Assembly (NCBI RefSeq): GCF_009834535.1
Contig: NC_045696.1
Location: 71,116,001-71,180,000 of the forward strand
Length of the DNA stretch: 64,000 nucleotides
DNA from: Camelus ferus
Taxonomy: Eukaryota
Reading direction: 5' to 3'
The notes below the pieces were generated by a model that saw only the letters and a list, made by a program, of their open reading frames with translations, had not been told where the DNA came from and did not search any database. Shown piece after piece: positions 42,701 to 63,850 of the stretch; the first letter of the stretch is position 1, and each line of letters starts with the position of its first letter. Made by a program: the position numbers and the translations under genes.

Positions 42701-45700
42701 GCTAGTTTGACTCCAAACCCTATATTCTCTCCACGGTATTTCACATTCTATTCTGTACAGTGACAGAGGCAATGTGGGTCTGTGTGGATGGTGGGGGTGC
42801 AGGAGGAAGTAATGTGGAGCATGGGGGTGATAGGATGTAGTCTGAGGCATGGAGTTTGGCCTAGGGCATGCAGTGAGGCAACATATCAGACCACAACTAT
42901 AGCTTGGGGCCAGGAGAGGGAATAGAAAAGTTTGAGGCCCCTCAGACTGCATCAAACACCCTAGGAGCACAAAGCTGGAAAGCCGTGATCAGGGGCAGGA
43001 GGAAGACACATGCCTGGAGTTATGAGCAGAGAGGAAAGACAGCAAGGAAGGAGGGTGGGAAGGCCAGTTCCTCCCTTGTTCTTGGAGCTGCTCCTGCCCA
43101 GAGCTGGGAATGTGCTTGCCTTCTTGTGATGCTCGCATTCTTGGACTCATAGCCAAATTCGAAGGCCAAGCCTGTCCTCCTCCCTCTCATCCATCTCTGG
43201 CTCCTCTGGTTTCCAGCCCCCCCAGCGACCCCACGAAAGCAGCTCAAATCATCCTATTCAGGCCCACCATGGCAGAAAGCCTGGAGACAGAACAGGCTGG
43301 AAAGAAGGGAAACAGAGATAACTCAGACCCACCAGCCAGTCTGACCACAGGCTACCTCAAGCTTATAGCCCCCATGGGAACTGAGGCTCAAATTAAAAGG
43401 GGGTATGTGGGCCACATGGCAGGGACTGTGACCTGCTTTGGAGAGGGTCTCCCTGTGGTGGGAAACTGCCGCTGACTCCCCACCACCCAATCCCCCGGCA
43501 GGCCCCACCACACAGCTCGATGCTACAGATGTTTCCCCTATTTCTGGGGGTCACCGACAGGTCGCCAAGGCTCTGCTGACTCACAATGATCAGCTGATCT
43601 TCGGCAGCCTTGGGGGACCTCAGACAGGCCTCCTCCTCCCACCATGGAGCTGAATGGCTCAGGGTTCCACAGCACTTATACACTCACACACACACACACA
43701 CAAACACACACACCCCAAGTGGAATCAGACAAATCTGGGTTTAAATTCCAATTCTGCCACTTATTAGCCCTCCTATTTTAGAGAAGTTTCTTAACTCTTT
43801 GTCTCAGCTTGGTAAAGTGGGATTTGTAAATGGCTGGCATGGTCCAGGCATACAATAAAAGCTAGTTACTAACTTTGTCAATTTTTTTTTTTTTGCAGGA
43901 TCCGTACTCTAACTAGGTGTAAGTTTCTAAGTGCAGGGATGAAATAAATCTGCTTATTACTCATTGTTTATTCAATTAAAAAGCTTTTGTCGAGAGCTAA
44001 GTGGGCTTTAAGTTTTGTGTTTGCCACTGCATGGACCTCAAGAAGCATCAGACCTGGAGTCTGCCTTGTCCTTGGAGATTACTGTCCAGTGCATGGTTCA
44101 TGTGAGTATACTGCAAGTGGGAAGTGCTCAGAGCTGTAACAGCAGCAGATGTGTTCACTGGACTGACATCTGCTGAGTATTAGTGTCAGGTCATGGCTAG
44201 GAGCTGAGTACGTATGAAGATAAATAGGAATAAGTGTCATAACTTTAAAAGTCCAACCCAGAGCAAAGGAGAATTTGGACCTGGGGAAGACAAGGGAAGA
44301 GAACTGCTCCAGGTAGAAGGCCCAGAGGCAGGCCAGTGGTGATATGGAGCGGGGAAGCAACATGGGAAGTCGGGTTAGTGGCCCGACTTCCCATATTGTT
44401 CCTGCCACAGCTCAAGGCCTCTTTAACAGTGGTACCTTGATCTTCCATCCATCATCTCCTCAGTGTTGAAAATGTTTACTCTTCCGCCATTTCCCAAATA
44501 CTGTAAGAAGCTTGGGCCTACCATGAGCTTGACAAATACTTCTGGAGACCAGATGGGAGTTAGGAGTCCTCAGGCCTTATACACCAGAGGGTGAGCTTGG
44601 AGAGCCTGAGGAGACAGCAGCCTCTCTCCTCTGACCCCCTTTCTCATCTGTCAGCAAGGGTCGCTGGCCTCTGCCTGACTCACCTCTCATGGGGCTACTG
44701 GCAGCCCTATCACCTTTACAGTTTGCCAAGGCTCAACATTTCTCTTTGAGAGGATGTATCTGTTAAATGATGATGATAGTAATCCCTACAATTATGTGAT
44801 TAAGGCCTTAGATTTTGGAGCCAGCTTCCTAATGTTGAATCAAGATCTGCTACTTCTTAGTTGTGTGACTCTGGGTAAGTTACTTAAGTTTTCTGTGCTC
44901 TAGTTTCCTCATCCAGAAACTGGGGATATTACTACCTATTCCATAGGGTTATTAAGAGGATTGAATGAGTAAAAGATTTGAAAATCATTTAGATCAGTGT
45001 CAGCACACAGTAAGCACCATAAAAAGAGTCTGATAAATAAATGAAATATATATATATATATTCCTCAGCAATTAGTCCTCTGTGACAAGATAGCCCTACC
45101 AGGTCTTCTGCTCATTAATTTCTCTGAGGATAAAAACATAATCTCCTTCACTTCATTTTTATCATTCTTCTCAACCCTGCTAGAATGGCATACTCTAATA
45201 TTTTGCAAAGGGTGGTTCAAGTACCACTAATGAATGCAAGATGGCTTCAGGTGTATCTGAATGAATGTTTAATTCAAAAGTTAAATATTTATTTTTAACA
45301 TTATTTTAGAAAGAAATATAAATAGAAAATCAGACCTGTGGTTTCATATTATTGATTGGGTCAAACTAAGAAAGAGTGCGTGGAGTGACAGTGGATTTAC
45401 AGAACAGTACTAAGTAAACAGTGAGTGGATGTAGTAGGGGCCCTCTATGACTGCAGTTAGGCCTGGTTTGACAGCAAGCCTGGGGAGAGTGGGAGGCAGC
45501 CCACAGAGGTCTAGGCTTAGAAGGTGGGGGCTAGGTCCCATGGGCTCTGGGATGGGTCGGGGTGGAGACACAAGTCTAGCCTAGTCCCTCAAGGCACCTG
45601 GCCCCAGCACACTATTCCATACCCCGAGGCAGTATCTTGGTCTCTTCTAACTCCTTTCTTCTCTTACCAGGCCAAGGCATCTGCCCTCCTTGCTCCCACC

Positions 45701-47308
45701 CCTTGCAGATAGATCCCTCTTCAGAAGCTTCCAATCAGGGGTGTCCATCTGTAGACTGTAGCCAGACAATCATTACAACACCAGGAGTACCCCACCCCAA
45801 GGCGGGAACAACAACAGAAACAAGAATAGGTTAGAAGCAGCATAGCACTTCCCACTGTACAAAGCACTTTCACACATACGATCTCATGGCTCATCAAACC
45901 CTGAGTTCCAGGGGGAAAGCTGACAGCAAAACATGCCAGGCAGAAGAGAGAGAAGGTGCTAGCTTCCCAGAGCTGGGAGGGCCGCGGTCCTTGGTGAGAA
46001 GCCAGGCTGATGAACACTGGGGAGTAGAATGTCTCCCCTCACTCAGCTCTGGGCCTCAGCTCCAAAGAGCAGTGTAGGCCTCAGGCTACCGCTAGAGAGG
46101 CGGCCTTTAGGCCTGGAGGGCCTGGGGAAGGCCTTCCCCACAGGCCTCCAGGCCCAGTGCCCAGTTAGTGTGGAGCAGGCTAGTGTGGGGGCCTCCCCCT
46201 TCCCCCAGTCCCCTGGGATTTGGGGGGTGGTGAGGGGATTGGCTAGGCTCCCCCTCCCAGGCCAGCTGCTACAGAACCTTCCGGCTCCAACATTCCATCC
46301 CCTCTTAAAGGGGAAGTCACTTTTCCAAACTCCGCCTGTCCAAAGCCCTGCAGCTGGGTGGAGGAGAAGACCCCGCCAGGGAGGGGAAGATGAACACTAA
46401 AAGACCCTTCCTGGCCCTCCCATCCAGGCTCGGAGGCTCTTTCCAAGGTCTCCCCCTTGGACACCATCTGGAGGAAAGAGGCCCCAATTCTGTGATGAAA
46501 TCAGCACCTGGGCTAGTGGGGACTCCTTCTTAAGAGGTGCGGCGCTCTGCTCCCTGACAACATCCTTAACACCCCGCAGGGGAGAGGGGAGACAGCAAAA
46601 TAAACATCAGACCTGCAGGCCTGAGCACCCCCACCGCCGATCAGTTCAAAGACCCACAGCATAGCCCTTAGATGCACGATACTCCAAATATGGCTCTGAG
46701 TTGTGGAGCTGAAAAGATGGAGAAGGTGAAGGCCGAGTGCCAAACACCCCAAGTCTCTGCTAGAAAGGTGGCTCCGTTGGCAGGAGGAGGGCTGGGGACC
46801 GCGCTCGGGAGTCGGCTGGAGGCGGGGGGGGGGGGGTGTCTGTGTGGGCAGCTGGTCTCTGAGGACGTGAGCGGGCTGAAGGGACTGGAACTGGCTGCTC
46901 TTAGGGAGTTGGACCATCCCCTAAACTAGGGTGCCAAGGTCCCTCACAAGAAGGCAAAGGAGAGTCCCTAGAGGGGCTGGAACTATAGCCTCGGAAAAAA
47001 CCAACAGGGGCCAAATGGCTGAGTCGCCCCTAGAATCCAACGTAGGGCTAGAAACCAGTATAGTAAGGGGAGTCCGAACCGGCTGAGTGGGCCCCTATAA
47101 GTCGGAGGGGCCGGGGTCCCCCGGAGGCGAGGCGGGGCCATCCTCACCCGAAATCGTCGTCCATAGACTTGAAGAAGAACTTATAGCTGGGTCGCTGCAG
47201 AACGCCCTTAAAGTCCGCCAAGGTGACGCGCTCCGCGGGCAGGGGCAGCTTCACCAGGTACGGCGTCTCCTGCCCGTCCAGGTGGTAGATGATCTTCGTC
47301 TCGCCCAT
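33703..47308 (-). CDS. DVL3: Dishevelled segment polarity protein 3 (DIX-PDZ-DEP), 716 aa, 15 exons
   Basis: Exons: 47308-47148, 41763-41694, 41167-41046, 40925-40816, 40625-40490, 40314-40221, 40007-39938, 39349-39210, 39048-38972, 38856-38789, 38635-38486, 37903-37772, 37591-37424, 34454-34239, 34139-33703. Total 2151 nt. Starts [21 protein letters not shown] (DIX); [24 protein letters not shown] (PDZ); [16 protein letters not shown] (DEP); ends [11 protein letters not shown]. Confidence 0.99.
36035..36139. mobile_element. Tc1/mariner-type MITE (MER104-like)
   Basis: About 21-bp imperfect terminal inverted repeats (tacattagattgagtctaaga / tcttagaatcaactaaatgta) with TA at both ends. Confidence 0.7.
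36985..37215 (+). mobile_element. MIR SINE
   Basis: ggctctggagccaga...ctcagtttcctcatctgaaaa...gtgaggattcagtgag...gcatggtgccaggcacagagcaggcactca. Confidence 0.8.
44790..45045 (+). mobile_element. MIR SINE
   Basis: ttttggagccag...gtgtgactctgggtaagttacttaag...agtttcctcatc...gaggattgaatgag...cacacagtaagcac. Confidence 0.85.
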
Positions 47309-47900
47309 GGCTCCGGCCTCGGGCCCGGCGGCCCGCGCGCTGCCTGCTCGGGCGGCCGGGCCGGGCCTCTCGGGCGGCGGCGGCGGCAGCGGCGGCGGCG
47401 CTCGGCGCGGCCCAGCGGCTCAGCCCAGCTCCGCGGCCAGCCGCGGCGCCAGCTCCCTTGTTCTTCGGCCGCTCCCGGGTCCCAGCGCCGCCTGCCGCCG
47501 TCGCGGCCACCGCTTCCGCTCCCCACTCTCCGGGCTCTACTGGCGACGGCGACTCTTCCGGTGGCCACGGCCCTCCCGGCTCTAGGCTGCGGCCGGGTCC
47601 CCTCCCCTCCCCTCCCCCGACCCCGGAGCGGCCCCGCCCCTCCCCGGCGCGGCCCCGCCCCCGGCCGCCGCTGAGCTGCGCTGGCCTAGCGGCAGATGGC
47701 CTGGCCCTCGCCTGGACCCCGTGGACACTCCGCCCACCGGCCTGGCGGTGCTCCGGTCCTGCGCTCCGGCCCCAGGCCCTCGGGGACCGTGGCGGCGGTC
47801 GCCTAGGCCCTTAGAGATGGAAGGGCAGATCTCTCCAGGATGGCTGCGTTCCCGAATTCTTCAAGGTTCTTGCTCTAGACCCAAGGGGGATGGCTGCTTC
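46700..47900 (-). promoter_or_regulatory. DVL3 CpG-island promoter and GC-rich 5' UTR
   Basis: Very high CpG density; tandem Sp1/KLF GC boxes (ccccgcccc) at about 47632 and 47653. Confidence 0.9.
47373..47400 (-). repeat. Interrupted (GCC)n repeat in the DVL3 5' UTR
   Basis: ggcggcggcggcggcagcggcggcggcg on the + strand. Confidence 0.85.
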
Positions 47901-48264
47901 TCTGCCGCTGGGGAGGGTTGTAATGCAGGGGTCGCTTTGCTCCCAGAAAAGGGGGAGGACACTGTTCTGACCACGCAGCGCTGTTGGAAAGTGACGGTTG
48001 GAAAGTGACCTCTACATGGCTTTTTAGGGTCTGTTGAGGAGCATTAACTGCTGTCATCGAGTCTACCAAACTGAACTCCCTGAGGACAGAACAAGATCGA
48101 GATCTGAGTCCTCGTAACCTCAGTACTTAGGTGCAAAGTAGTGGTTCAATAAATGGATTGAATGCAGAATGAGTACAAGAATGAAGATACATGTGTGACT
48201 GGAACATGAAGTCTCAAACCAGAACTAGTTATAATGGGTTCCTGACAAATCTCCTCACCCCTCA

Positions 48265-48730
48265 GCTTTTAATTCGTTTAATAAATATTGAGTGCCTGTT
48301 ATGTGCAAGGTATACTGCAAGAGATACAGCAAAACAAGACAGGTAAGGCTGCTCTCAGGACCTTTACGCATCTGGAAAGAGGAACACAGAGCTTGTAAAT
48401 AACTAACTTCAGAGTGACAAATGCTATGAAAAAGATAAAATGGAGTGATGTGATAGGAAAGAGGAATAGTATTCAAAAAAGGCCTCTTCCATTTGAACTA
48501 AGACCTAGAACTAACAAGGAAGCAGCTATAAGAAGGTCTGGTCTAGGGAAAGAGCATTCCAGGCAGAGGGCACAGCCAAGCATAAAGGCTCAAGACAAGA
48601 ATAAACTTGCCCAATTTGAGGAACAAAAAGAAGGCCATTGTGACTACAGGGATAGTGGGAGATGAGGCTTGGAAAGTAAACTGAGACCAGATTGCATAGG
48701 TCCTTTCAGGCCACAGTAACAAGTGTGGGA
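48265..48730 (-). mobile_element. L2 LINE 3' fragment
   Basis: ttcgtttaataaatattgagtgcctgttatgtgcaagg...gaaagagcattccaggcagaggg...ttgaggaacaaaaagaaggcca. Confidence 0.85.
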
Positions 48731-49499
48731 TCCTCCCAATCCGTTTTGTATACTGTTGTCAAATTAGCTTTTGAAGACTAAGGACCTCTTTCAGACACCT
48801 CTTCCAATCAAAACCCTCTCCACATCTCCCAATGCCCTTCCAATAGCTATAGCATGATATTCAAAGCCCTCCATAATTTAACCTCTACCTACCTTTACAG
48901 CATTTTTATCATTACATCCTGGCTTAAGTTTAGACTTAGTCAATTCAACCCATTTGCTAGCCTCTGCACACACCTGGTATATTTTCACTCATATCCCTTT
49001 AAATTTTTATCAAACTGTTATGTGTGCTTAGTCAAATAGCATTAAGAAAGATGTTTAACAGTAGTCCTCTATCGCATTTTCATCCCCACTCCAGTGTGTG
49101 TGTATTTTTTAGCTCATACTATTTTTTTTCCCTGAGGAGGGGGTGGGGGAAAGTAGTCTGAATTGCGTTATAATGCCCCCATGTAGGGTACCTCAACTCT
49201 GCCATTGAACTCACTTCGTAGGCCACGAGTCTGTTCCAAGCACAGGTTAAGCGGTCATCTGCTAGGACCCTCCCCAAGGGCGGGTACACGGCATCTCCTG
49301 TCCCCTCTGCCCTAGCCCCAGAGGTTCCTGCTCTGGGAACTTACCTTACATAAGCTCAGGGAGGGCCCTGTTGGGGCCGCTTTTGGCCCTAGTCTCAGAC
49401 TTTCACAAGGGACGTGGGGTTGAGTTACTAAATGCACCCAGCTCGTGGCCCCACGGATGTTTCCTTCCACCCTGTAGCTCCTATTTCTTAATTTATGCA

Positions 49500-51700
49500 T
49501 TCTGGACATTGTTTATTTATTTCCAATTTTGATTGATGGATTTATCTTTCTCCCATCTCCCCCTAACCTATTAAATTTACAAAATCACGCTTTTTGGTTA
49601 AAATAATACAGTACTTAGTATTGATATTTTGATTATGAATAAATGCTTCCTTTACAACTTTTTCTCCAGCATTCATCACTGCCTTGCTTTTTCATTTGCT
49701 TTTGTTTTTTATATAGTGTACTTATCATTAAGACTTTCCACATAATCTAAGTTTTCTCAGTACATGTTTTACTCATTCAGTCCAATGTACTAGATAATCC
49801 AACCGTTTTCTATCCTGGAGCCTTCCATTCCATTGTTCTGGTCTGTGCTGCTGACTATCTCAGCCTGTGAACAGATGTCATCCTGGGACTTCTCTACATC
49901 ATTCTCAGAATTCCCTTTACCTCTCCTCTGTGTTGGATCGGTTTCCTGGATACTTTACTCCTTTGCTTTAGTAAAGCACATCCCCTGGTAGTGTCCCTTG
50001 AAAGCATGGGAAATCAAAATCTGAGGGGGAACTTGAAAAGATGAAAGTATGATTCTGAGTTGAAAGTAATTTTCCTTCAGAATTTTGAAGGAATCACTCC
50101 ATTGTCTTCTAACTTCCAGTGTTGCTGTCAAGTGGTCAGTGTTATCTCTTTACTTTTTCTAAGCATTTGTACACAACTTATTTTAAACTCATTGGAAGTC
50201 TTTAGGAAGTTATCTTTATCCCTGGAGGTTCTGAAATTTCTTGGTGATATGCCTCATTTACTGTGCTTATTTACTGTGCTAGGTGTTTGGTGAGCCCTTC
50301 CCATCTGGAAATTCAACATTTTCTTGACTTATTTAATAACATCATGACTGTTTTTCCTGTTCTTTCTGCAACTCCTGTCAGATGTTGGACCTTCTGGATT
50401 GATCCTTTTTTCCCCTCATCATCCATTTCCTTTTTAAAAATCATTTCACCTTTTTGCAAGATTTTCTTAACATTATTTCCAACCTCTCCCCTAACCAATT
50501 GTATAGGTAAAATACTCACAATCCAAAATTCAGTAAGTACCTAAGGATGGATATACAGTCTCCCTCCTATTTGGCTCTGTAGTCCTCTAGTTCTCAGTAG
50601 GAAAAAAATGTTTACTTAATTTCTAAGAGCTCTTGTTCTCCAACTCCTCCTTTTTATAGCATTTTATTCAGACACAGTATCTTCCCTGAGTTTTGAGAAT
50701 TAGAGCCCACCCTCCGCCCCAGGTTTTCAAGAAGCTCCCTGCTTTGTCAGTTTCCTTGGTTTTAATTTTCTGTTCATTTTGGTCCCTGCCTTTCATGTTG
50801 GAAGTTTCAAGTGTCTAGTGGCCCTTAACAGTCTGTTTATATTTAAGAGTGAGATACCAAAAAAAGCTGATAGGAAGCTCTGTCCATGTACAAGGCTTAT
50901 TACCTATAGTCTTCACTGTAGGGTGATCAGTGGGGGAAAGTTGGGCTTTTTTTTTTTTAAAGGAAACAAAAACTTAAGTATTTGTAGGCCTTTTTTCTTC
51001 AATTAGTTTGTTTCTGCCAGGGGGACCAGCTGGTGTGTGCTGATATTCAGAGCTTTACCACTCATATACTTTCACTTCATCTTTCCTTTTCAATCTAGTT
51101 TCTCACTCCCATCCCCACAATGTCTATTTAGTCTGGAGGTCCTAATAGTTTACATCTTCCCTGAGGATCTGAAATTTCATGGTGCTATTTTACTCACTAC
51201 GCTGGGCACTAACAAGCTGTCAGTCTAGAAACTCATGACTTTTTGGTTTAGAAACCTTCATAAGTATTTCTTTGAGAATTTCCTCTCCACCATTTCTCCA
51301 GAGACTAAACTCAGCTGGATTGGATAAAGTGGGTACCTGGGGGGCTCTTTCTCATACAGACCTTCATCTGATTTCCCTCTATCCCACCCCTGGTTCGCAG
51401 CTCCAATCCTTACGCACTTCTATTGAGCCTTTTCCAGGTTCAGAAGGGCACACTGGCTTGCTTCTTGTTAATAACCACCTCAGCAGGTAGAGCCCATCTC
51501 ATTCTGCTCTGCTAAGTCAACATTCACCCTTAATTTTTTCCCCCTAAATGTTCATGTTTCTCATTCATTATTGTCACTTATTGTTTTCCTTATCATTGAG
51601 TGACATGCCTTTTTTGAAGAATTCCTTTGCTGGCATTCGAACAGGGTTTTGGAAGGAGTAAAAAGTCCATGTGTTTAACCTGCCATATTTAAAAGGACAC
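49500..51700 (-). mobile_element. Highly diverged antisense LINE-1 (L1ME-like) remnants
   Basis: T-rich with ttttccttcagaattttgaagg...ccattgtcttctaacttccagtgttgctg and gatgttggaccttctggatt motifs. Boundaries uncertain. Confidence 0.6.
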
Positions 51701-53100
51701 CCTTTGCTTTGCTTTTAATGTTCCCTTCTACCCTTTCTATTTTTTTAGGCCACTCAAGTGTTACACTCCTGTAAGCCTTCCCCAATCACCCCAACTAGAA
51801 GGAATATCTTCCTCCTAAAAAGTTCTATAAGCCACTTCTGATCTCTGCCACTCATTAGGTATAAATTAGAGGTATTCTATAATTATTTGTATTTAACTGT
51901 GCCTGTTAGGTCCATGCCATAACCTTCATATGCTCTCTAGGCAGTAGGTCAACTGACAAGGAGAAACTGAGATTTACTGAATGAGAAAAGTAAATTAAGC
52001 TAAATCTTGGCCAGCTCATTTTTTCCTCTTTAGAAATACTGAGTAATGCCCCTTCACACCCCTGAGTACAGTTCAGTGTCCTCTTCCTCAGCTTACTCCT
52101 TTCCACCTAACTGAAATGAAGAAAGGCAACCGTTTTCTCTGTGATGTCCAGAAGGGCCACTTGTACCAGAGACATCTGCCACAGTTGAAGTGTTAACACA
52201 GTAAGGGTTATTATAGGAAGGTAAGAACAAGCTCAAAAAGATAAGATAGAAGGGCATGTCTCATGGTTGAGGTTAAAAGAGACAATATAGGAAGATGACA
52301 AACCGTAGCTCTACAGTCCAATAACAAATCCTTGCTGCTATCAATTACCAATTACGGGACCTCTGTGAACTTCAGGCTCCTCACCTGAAAATGGGGTAAG
52401 ACTTACTTCACAGGGCTGATGTGAAGGTTAATTACAGTAACACATGAAAAGTATTTAGCAAAATGCCTGTCATACAGCAAACACTCTTAATATTAGGGGA
52501 AAGCTTATTTCGCACGATCTTCCTCTGTTCTTAGGATAACCATTGCTGGCTTGGGGTTGTATTTGCCTCTGCAAAAAATTTCCCTTCACTGTATGTTGAA
52601 GCAAAAAAATTCTGGATTGTGAGGCTCAAGTTCTTAGCTTTACCCTCCAAGAGTCATAAGACCTTGAACAAATTTCCTTGTTTTTAAGATGAAAAGTAGC
52701 CCAGCTTTCCTGACAGTAGTACCGGATCAACTGGACAAAGCACTGGACAAAGCACGTGAAAGACTGGCAGGTGTTAATGGGCCTTACATATGCTCAGCAT
52801 TATCACCTCCTGAGAGTTTGGACTAGGACTCTCTTATGTAAATAGGTTCAGGCACACCACTCCAGGACTTCAAATTGGTCCAGAAAGGCTAGAAAACCTA
52901 CCAGTACCATGAACCTTGGCGATGGTCAATTAGCGAGGCACCACAGTACCACCTAGTGGCCACAACACCCCTCTTCTTCCTCTCCACCAGGTGTTAAGGA
53001 AAGGCTACCTTGTCAAAGAGGTTTCAGAAGTCTGTGGTCATCTACTTCAAGGGCTGATCAGTCAGAGTTGGAGAGAAACCAAGTATACCTCTCTCTGTTT

Positions 53101-53106
53101 TTTAAT
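53101..53106 (-). terminator. EIF2B5 poly(A) signal (ATTAAA)
   Basis: tttaat on + strand, about 345 nt after the stop codon. Confidence 0.65.
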
Positions 53107-53450
53107 ATCAACAAATACAGGCATCAGAGAGGGCCAGCTGCTCTCCGCTGTTTCCTGTGGGGAAACCAGAGCACAGAGCTGTTCCTCTGGCCTTCCTCTA
53201 ACTGCAGGGCCTGCCTAGCTCCTCCTTAGACAGAGCTGTTACCCAGCCCAACTTCCCTCATCCCAACTCCCCAGTATGGATGGCAGGCACATGGTTGCTG
53301 GCGGTGGGAAGAATACTGTAGTTCCAGCCTCTGCTCCTTTAAGTCTCAGCTCATGGTGGCACTCATCCCTCTGCAACTGGCCTCTCACTTGCCCTGGCCC
53401 AGAAACCAGGAGGGCAATCAACCACACCCACAGGAGCAAGCAGTGTAACT

Positions 53451-61319
<7,869 letters not shown>

Positions 61320-62929
61320 CTTCTTCTCTCACGACCACCACTTCCGCACGGAAACTGACACCGCACGCGGTAGTGGACAAAAAGGCCCAGCACTCGAAAC
61401 GCGAAAGACTAGCGAAGGGAGGGCGGGTGGAGCCGAGGAGAGAGGAGTGCGCATGCGTCTCCCCTGAGCGCCTCAGGTGTGAGCAGGAAGGAGCTGGGCG
61501 TGCTAACCCAGCAGCCTGGTTGATGGCCTGTCGAGGCGCCTGGGTGATGGCGTCCTATGGATTGCAGACTCCATCTGCAAGTATAGCCAGCCGTCATTTG
61601 TACGTGAGCAAGCTCAGACTCTTGTGGGATAAAGAGACTTGTGGTCTCTACGAAGCGGCGAGATCCTTTCTGGATATATAATCTTCCCCGCCTCAAGCAC
61701 GTTAAACGTTGTGGTCCTCCGTCTTCATTCTCTTCACCTCGGCACCTTGGGGAGTCAGACATTCCTTTCCCTCAGGGCACTCGCAGTCTAGATAATAGAG
61801 AACGTGGAACAAGGAGAGTAGTAATTCTGCTGAATGCTGATTGTGGCCAGGAACGATACAAGCATTATCTCTTTTAATTAGTCACACATCTCTGCTGGAA
61901 CGTCTTATTCATTCGTTCAATAGGCATTTCTTTAACTCTCACTGGGGTGAAGTTCACCCAGCTAGTAAGTGGAAGAACTGGTATTGGAACCCGATCTGTA
62001 TGACGTCATAGCTCCACAACCTTTCTGCCAAGTTGTGTGTGGATAAGAATTTATACTATTTTATATCTTCGTTTATCCTTTTGGCCTATCAGCATTTATT
62101 GAAGCTCTACTTTGTGTCTTAATCCAGGGTGGAAATAGGGGTGGATCCAAGAACACTATAAAGTTGAGTAGGACTGGAGGTAAACCGCAAGCTTTCCAGG
62201 CAGAAGGGACTTGGAGAGCAAAGGGCTGAGTCTTGAGAGGCACAGCACCTTCTGGGGAAAGAGACAGAGCTTGCAGCGGGTTAGCCAGGTTTGTGAAAGT
62301 GAGCGACCATGCGGACTTTCCAGCAAGGCATTACACTCTTCTGCATGAGAACAGTCCGAATTCCACCATTTGCTGGGTCCCACAACGTTTCTGCAAAAGT
62401 TGTTCCCACCCATGGCCGCGTTGCATGTCGGGATTTGGAGTTGAAAAGGCTGGGGTTTGATGTTTCCACGTGGCGGTTGCAGCTTGACCCGTGGCACTCA
62501 GGCGCCCTCCTCTCGGGTCTGAGGAGTCTGTCATTTCTTCCCTCTACCAGAGCGAAAACCAAGTTTTAAAGAATTTTCGAAAATTTAGACTGGAGAAGGA
62601 AAAGAAGACAGCAACTCAGTAAAAGTTTTCAATTAAGTGAATGTACATTGTAGAAGATGATGTTGGACTGCCCTACAAATCCACAGGAAGAAAGAGAAAA
62701 GAGGGGTGAGTAAACAAGACTAGTAATTTGAGCGAGCACACACAAAAGGGGGTGGCTTGGGAGTGTGATGAGGATATAGAAAGTAGATCCAATTGTAAAA
62801 ATTTTAAATGACTCCTGACAGCTGGGAAAGTGTGAGTGGTAAATCCACTAAGGTTTTGATGGATGGGTCTTAGGGAGAATCCTTCTAAACCTGCTGTTAA
62901 TTTTTGTTTGTTTTGTTTCAAAATTTACT

Positions 62930-63850
62930 CAAACCAACAACAGCAACAAGGAAACAAAAATAGGCAAAGGATTTGAATAGACATTTCTCAAAAGAAGATA
63001 CACAAATGACCAAAAAGCACAAGAAAGGTGCTTAGGGAAGTGCAGATCAAGAGTACAACGAAATATCACCTCACAGTCGTTACGATGGCTGCTATCAAAA
63101 TAAACAGCAATAACAACAAAAAACCCCAAAACAAAGCAAGAAACAAAAAACAGAAAATAAACATTAGTGAGGATATGAAGAAATGGGAACCCTTGTGCCC
63201 TGTTGATGGGAATGTAAAATGGTACAGGTGCTGTGAAAAACAGTATGGTAGTTCTTCAAAAATGAAATATAGAATTACTATGTGATCCAGCAATTCTGCA
63301 TCTGAATATTAACCCCCCAAAAGTGAAAGCAGGGGTCCAAACAGATAGGTATTCACCCATGTTCATAGCAGCATTATTCACCATAGTTAAAACATGTAAG
63401 CAACTCCAGTGTCCATTAACAGATGAATGGATAAGGAAAATATGATATATACATAATGGAATATAACTCAGCCTTAAAAAGCAAGGAAATTCTGACATAT
63501 GCTACAACATGGATGAAATTTGAGGACATTATGCTAAGTGAAATAAGTCAGTCACAAGAAGACAAGTACTATAGAATTCCATTTACATGAGATATTTGGA
63601 GTAGTCAAAATCATGTAAACAGAATGATGGTTGCCAACGGCTGTGGGAAGGAGGAGAAAATGGAGAGTTATTGTTTAATGGATGTAGAGTTTCAGTTTCA
63701 CAACATGAAGAGTTCTGTGGATGGATGGTAGTGATGGTAGCACAATAATGTGAAGGTACTTAAGGCCATTGAACTGTGCACTTAAAAATTGTTAAAATAG
63801 TAAATTTAATGTTATGTATACTTTACTACAGTGAAGAAAAACTGGGAAAA
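62930..63850 (+). mobile_element. LINE-1 ORF2 end plus 3' UTR (L1MA/L1MB-like)
   Basis: gcaaaggatttgaatagacatttctcaaaagaagatacacaaatg...cacccatgttcatagcagcattattcac...gaactgtgcacttaaaaattgttaaaatagtaaatttaatgttatg. Confidence 0.92.

Noticed and set aside
44143..44175. 10-bp inverted repeat (cagcagatgt/acatctgctg) as a pre-miRNA
   Set aside because: The stem is too short and does not extend.
47087..47814. Multiple long overlapping ORFs at the DVL3 promoter, and a possible CUG-initiated N-terminal extension
   Set aside because: Expected from CpG-island composition. The in-frame CTG at 47389 has poor context, and an in-frame TGA lies at 47422-47420.
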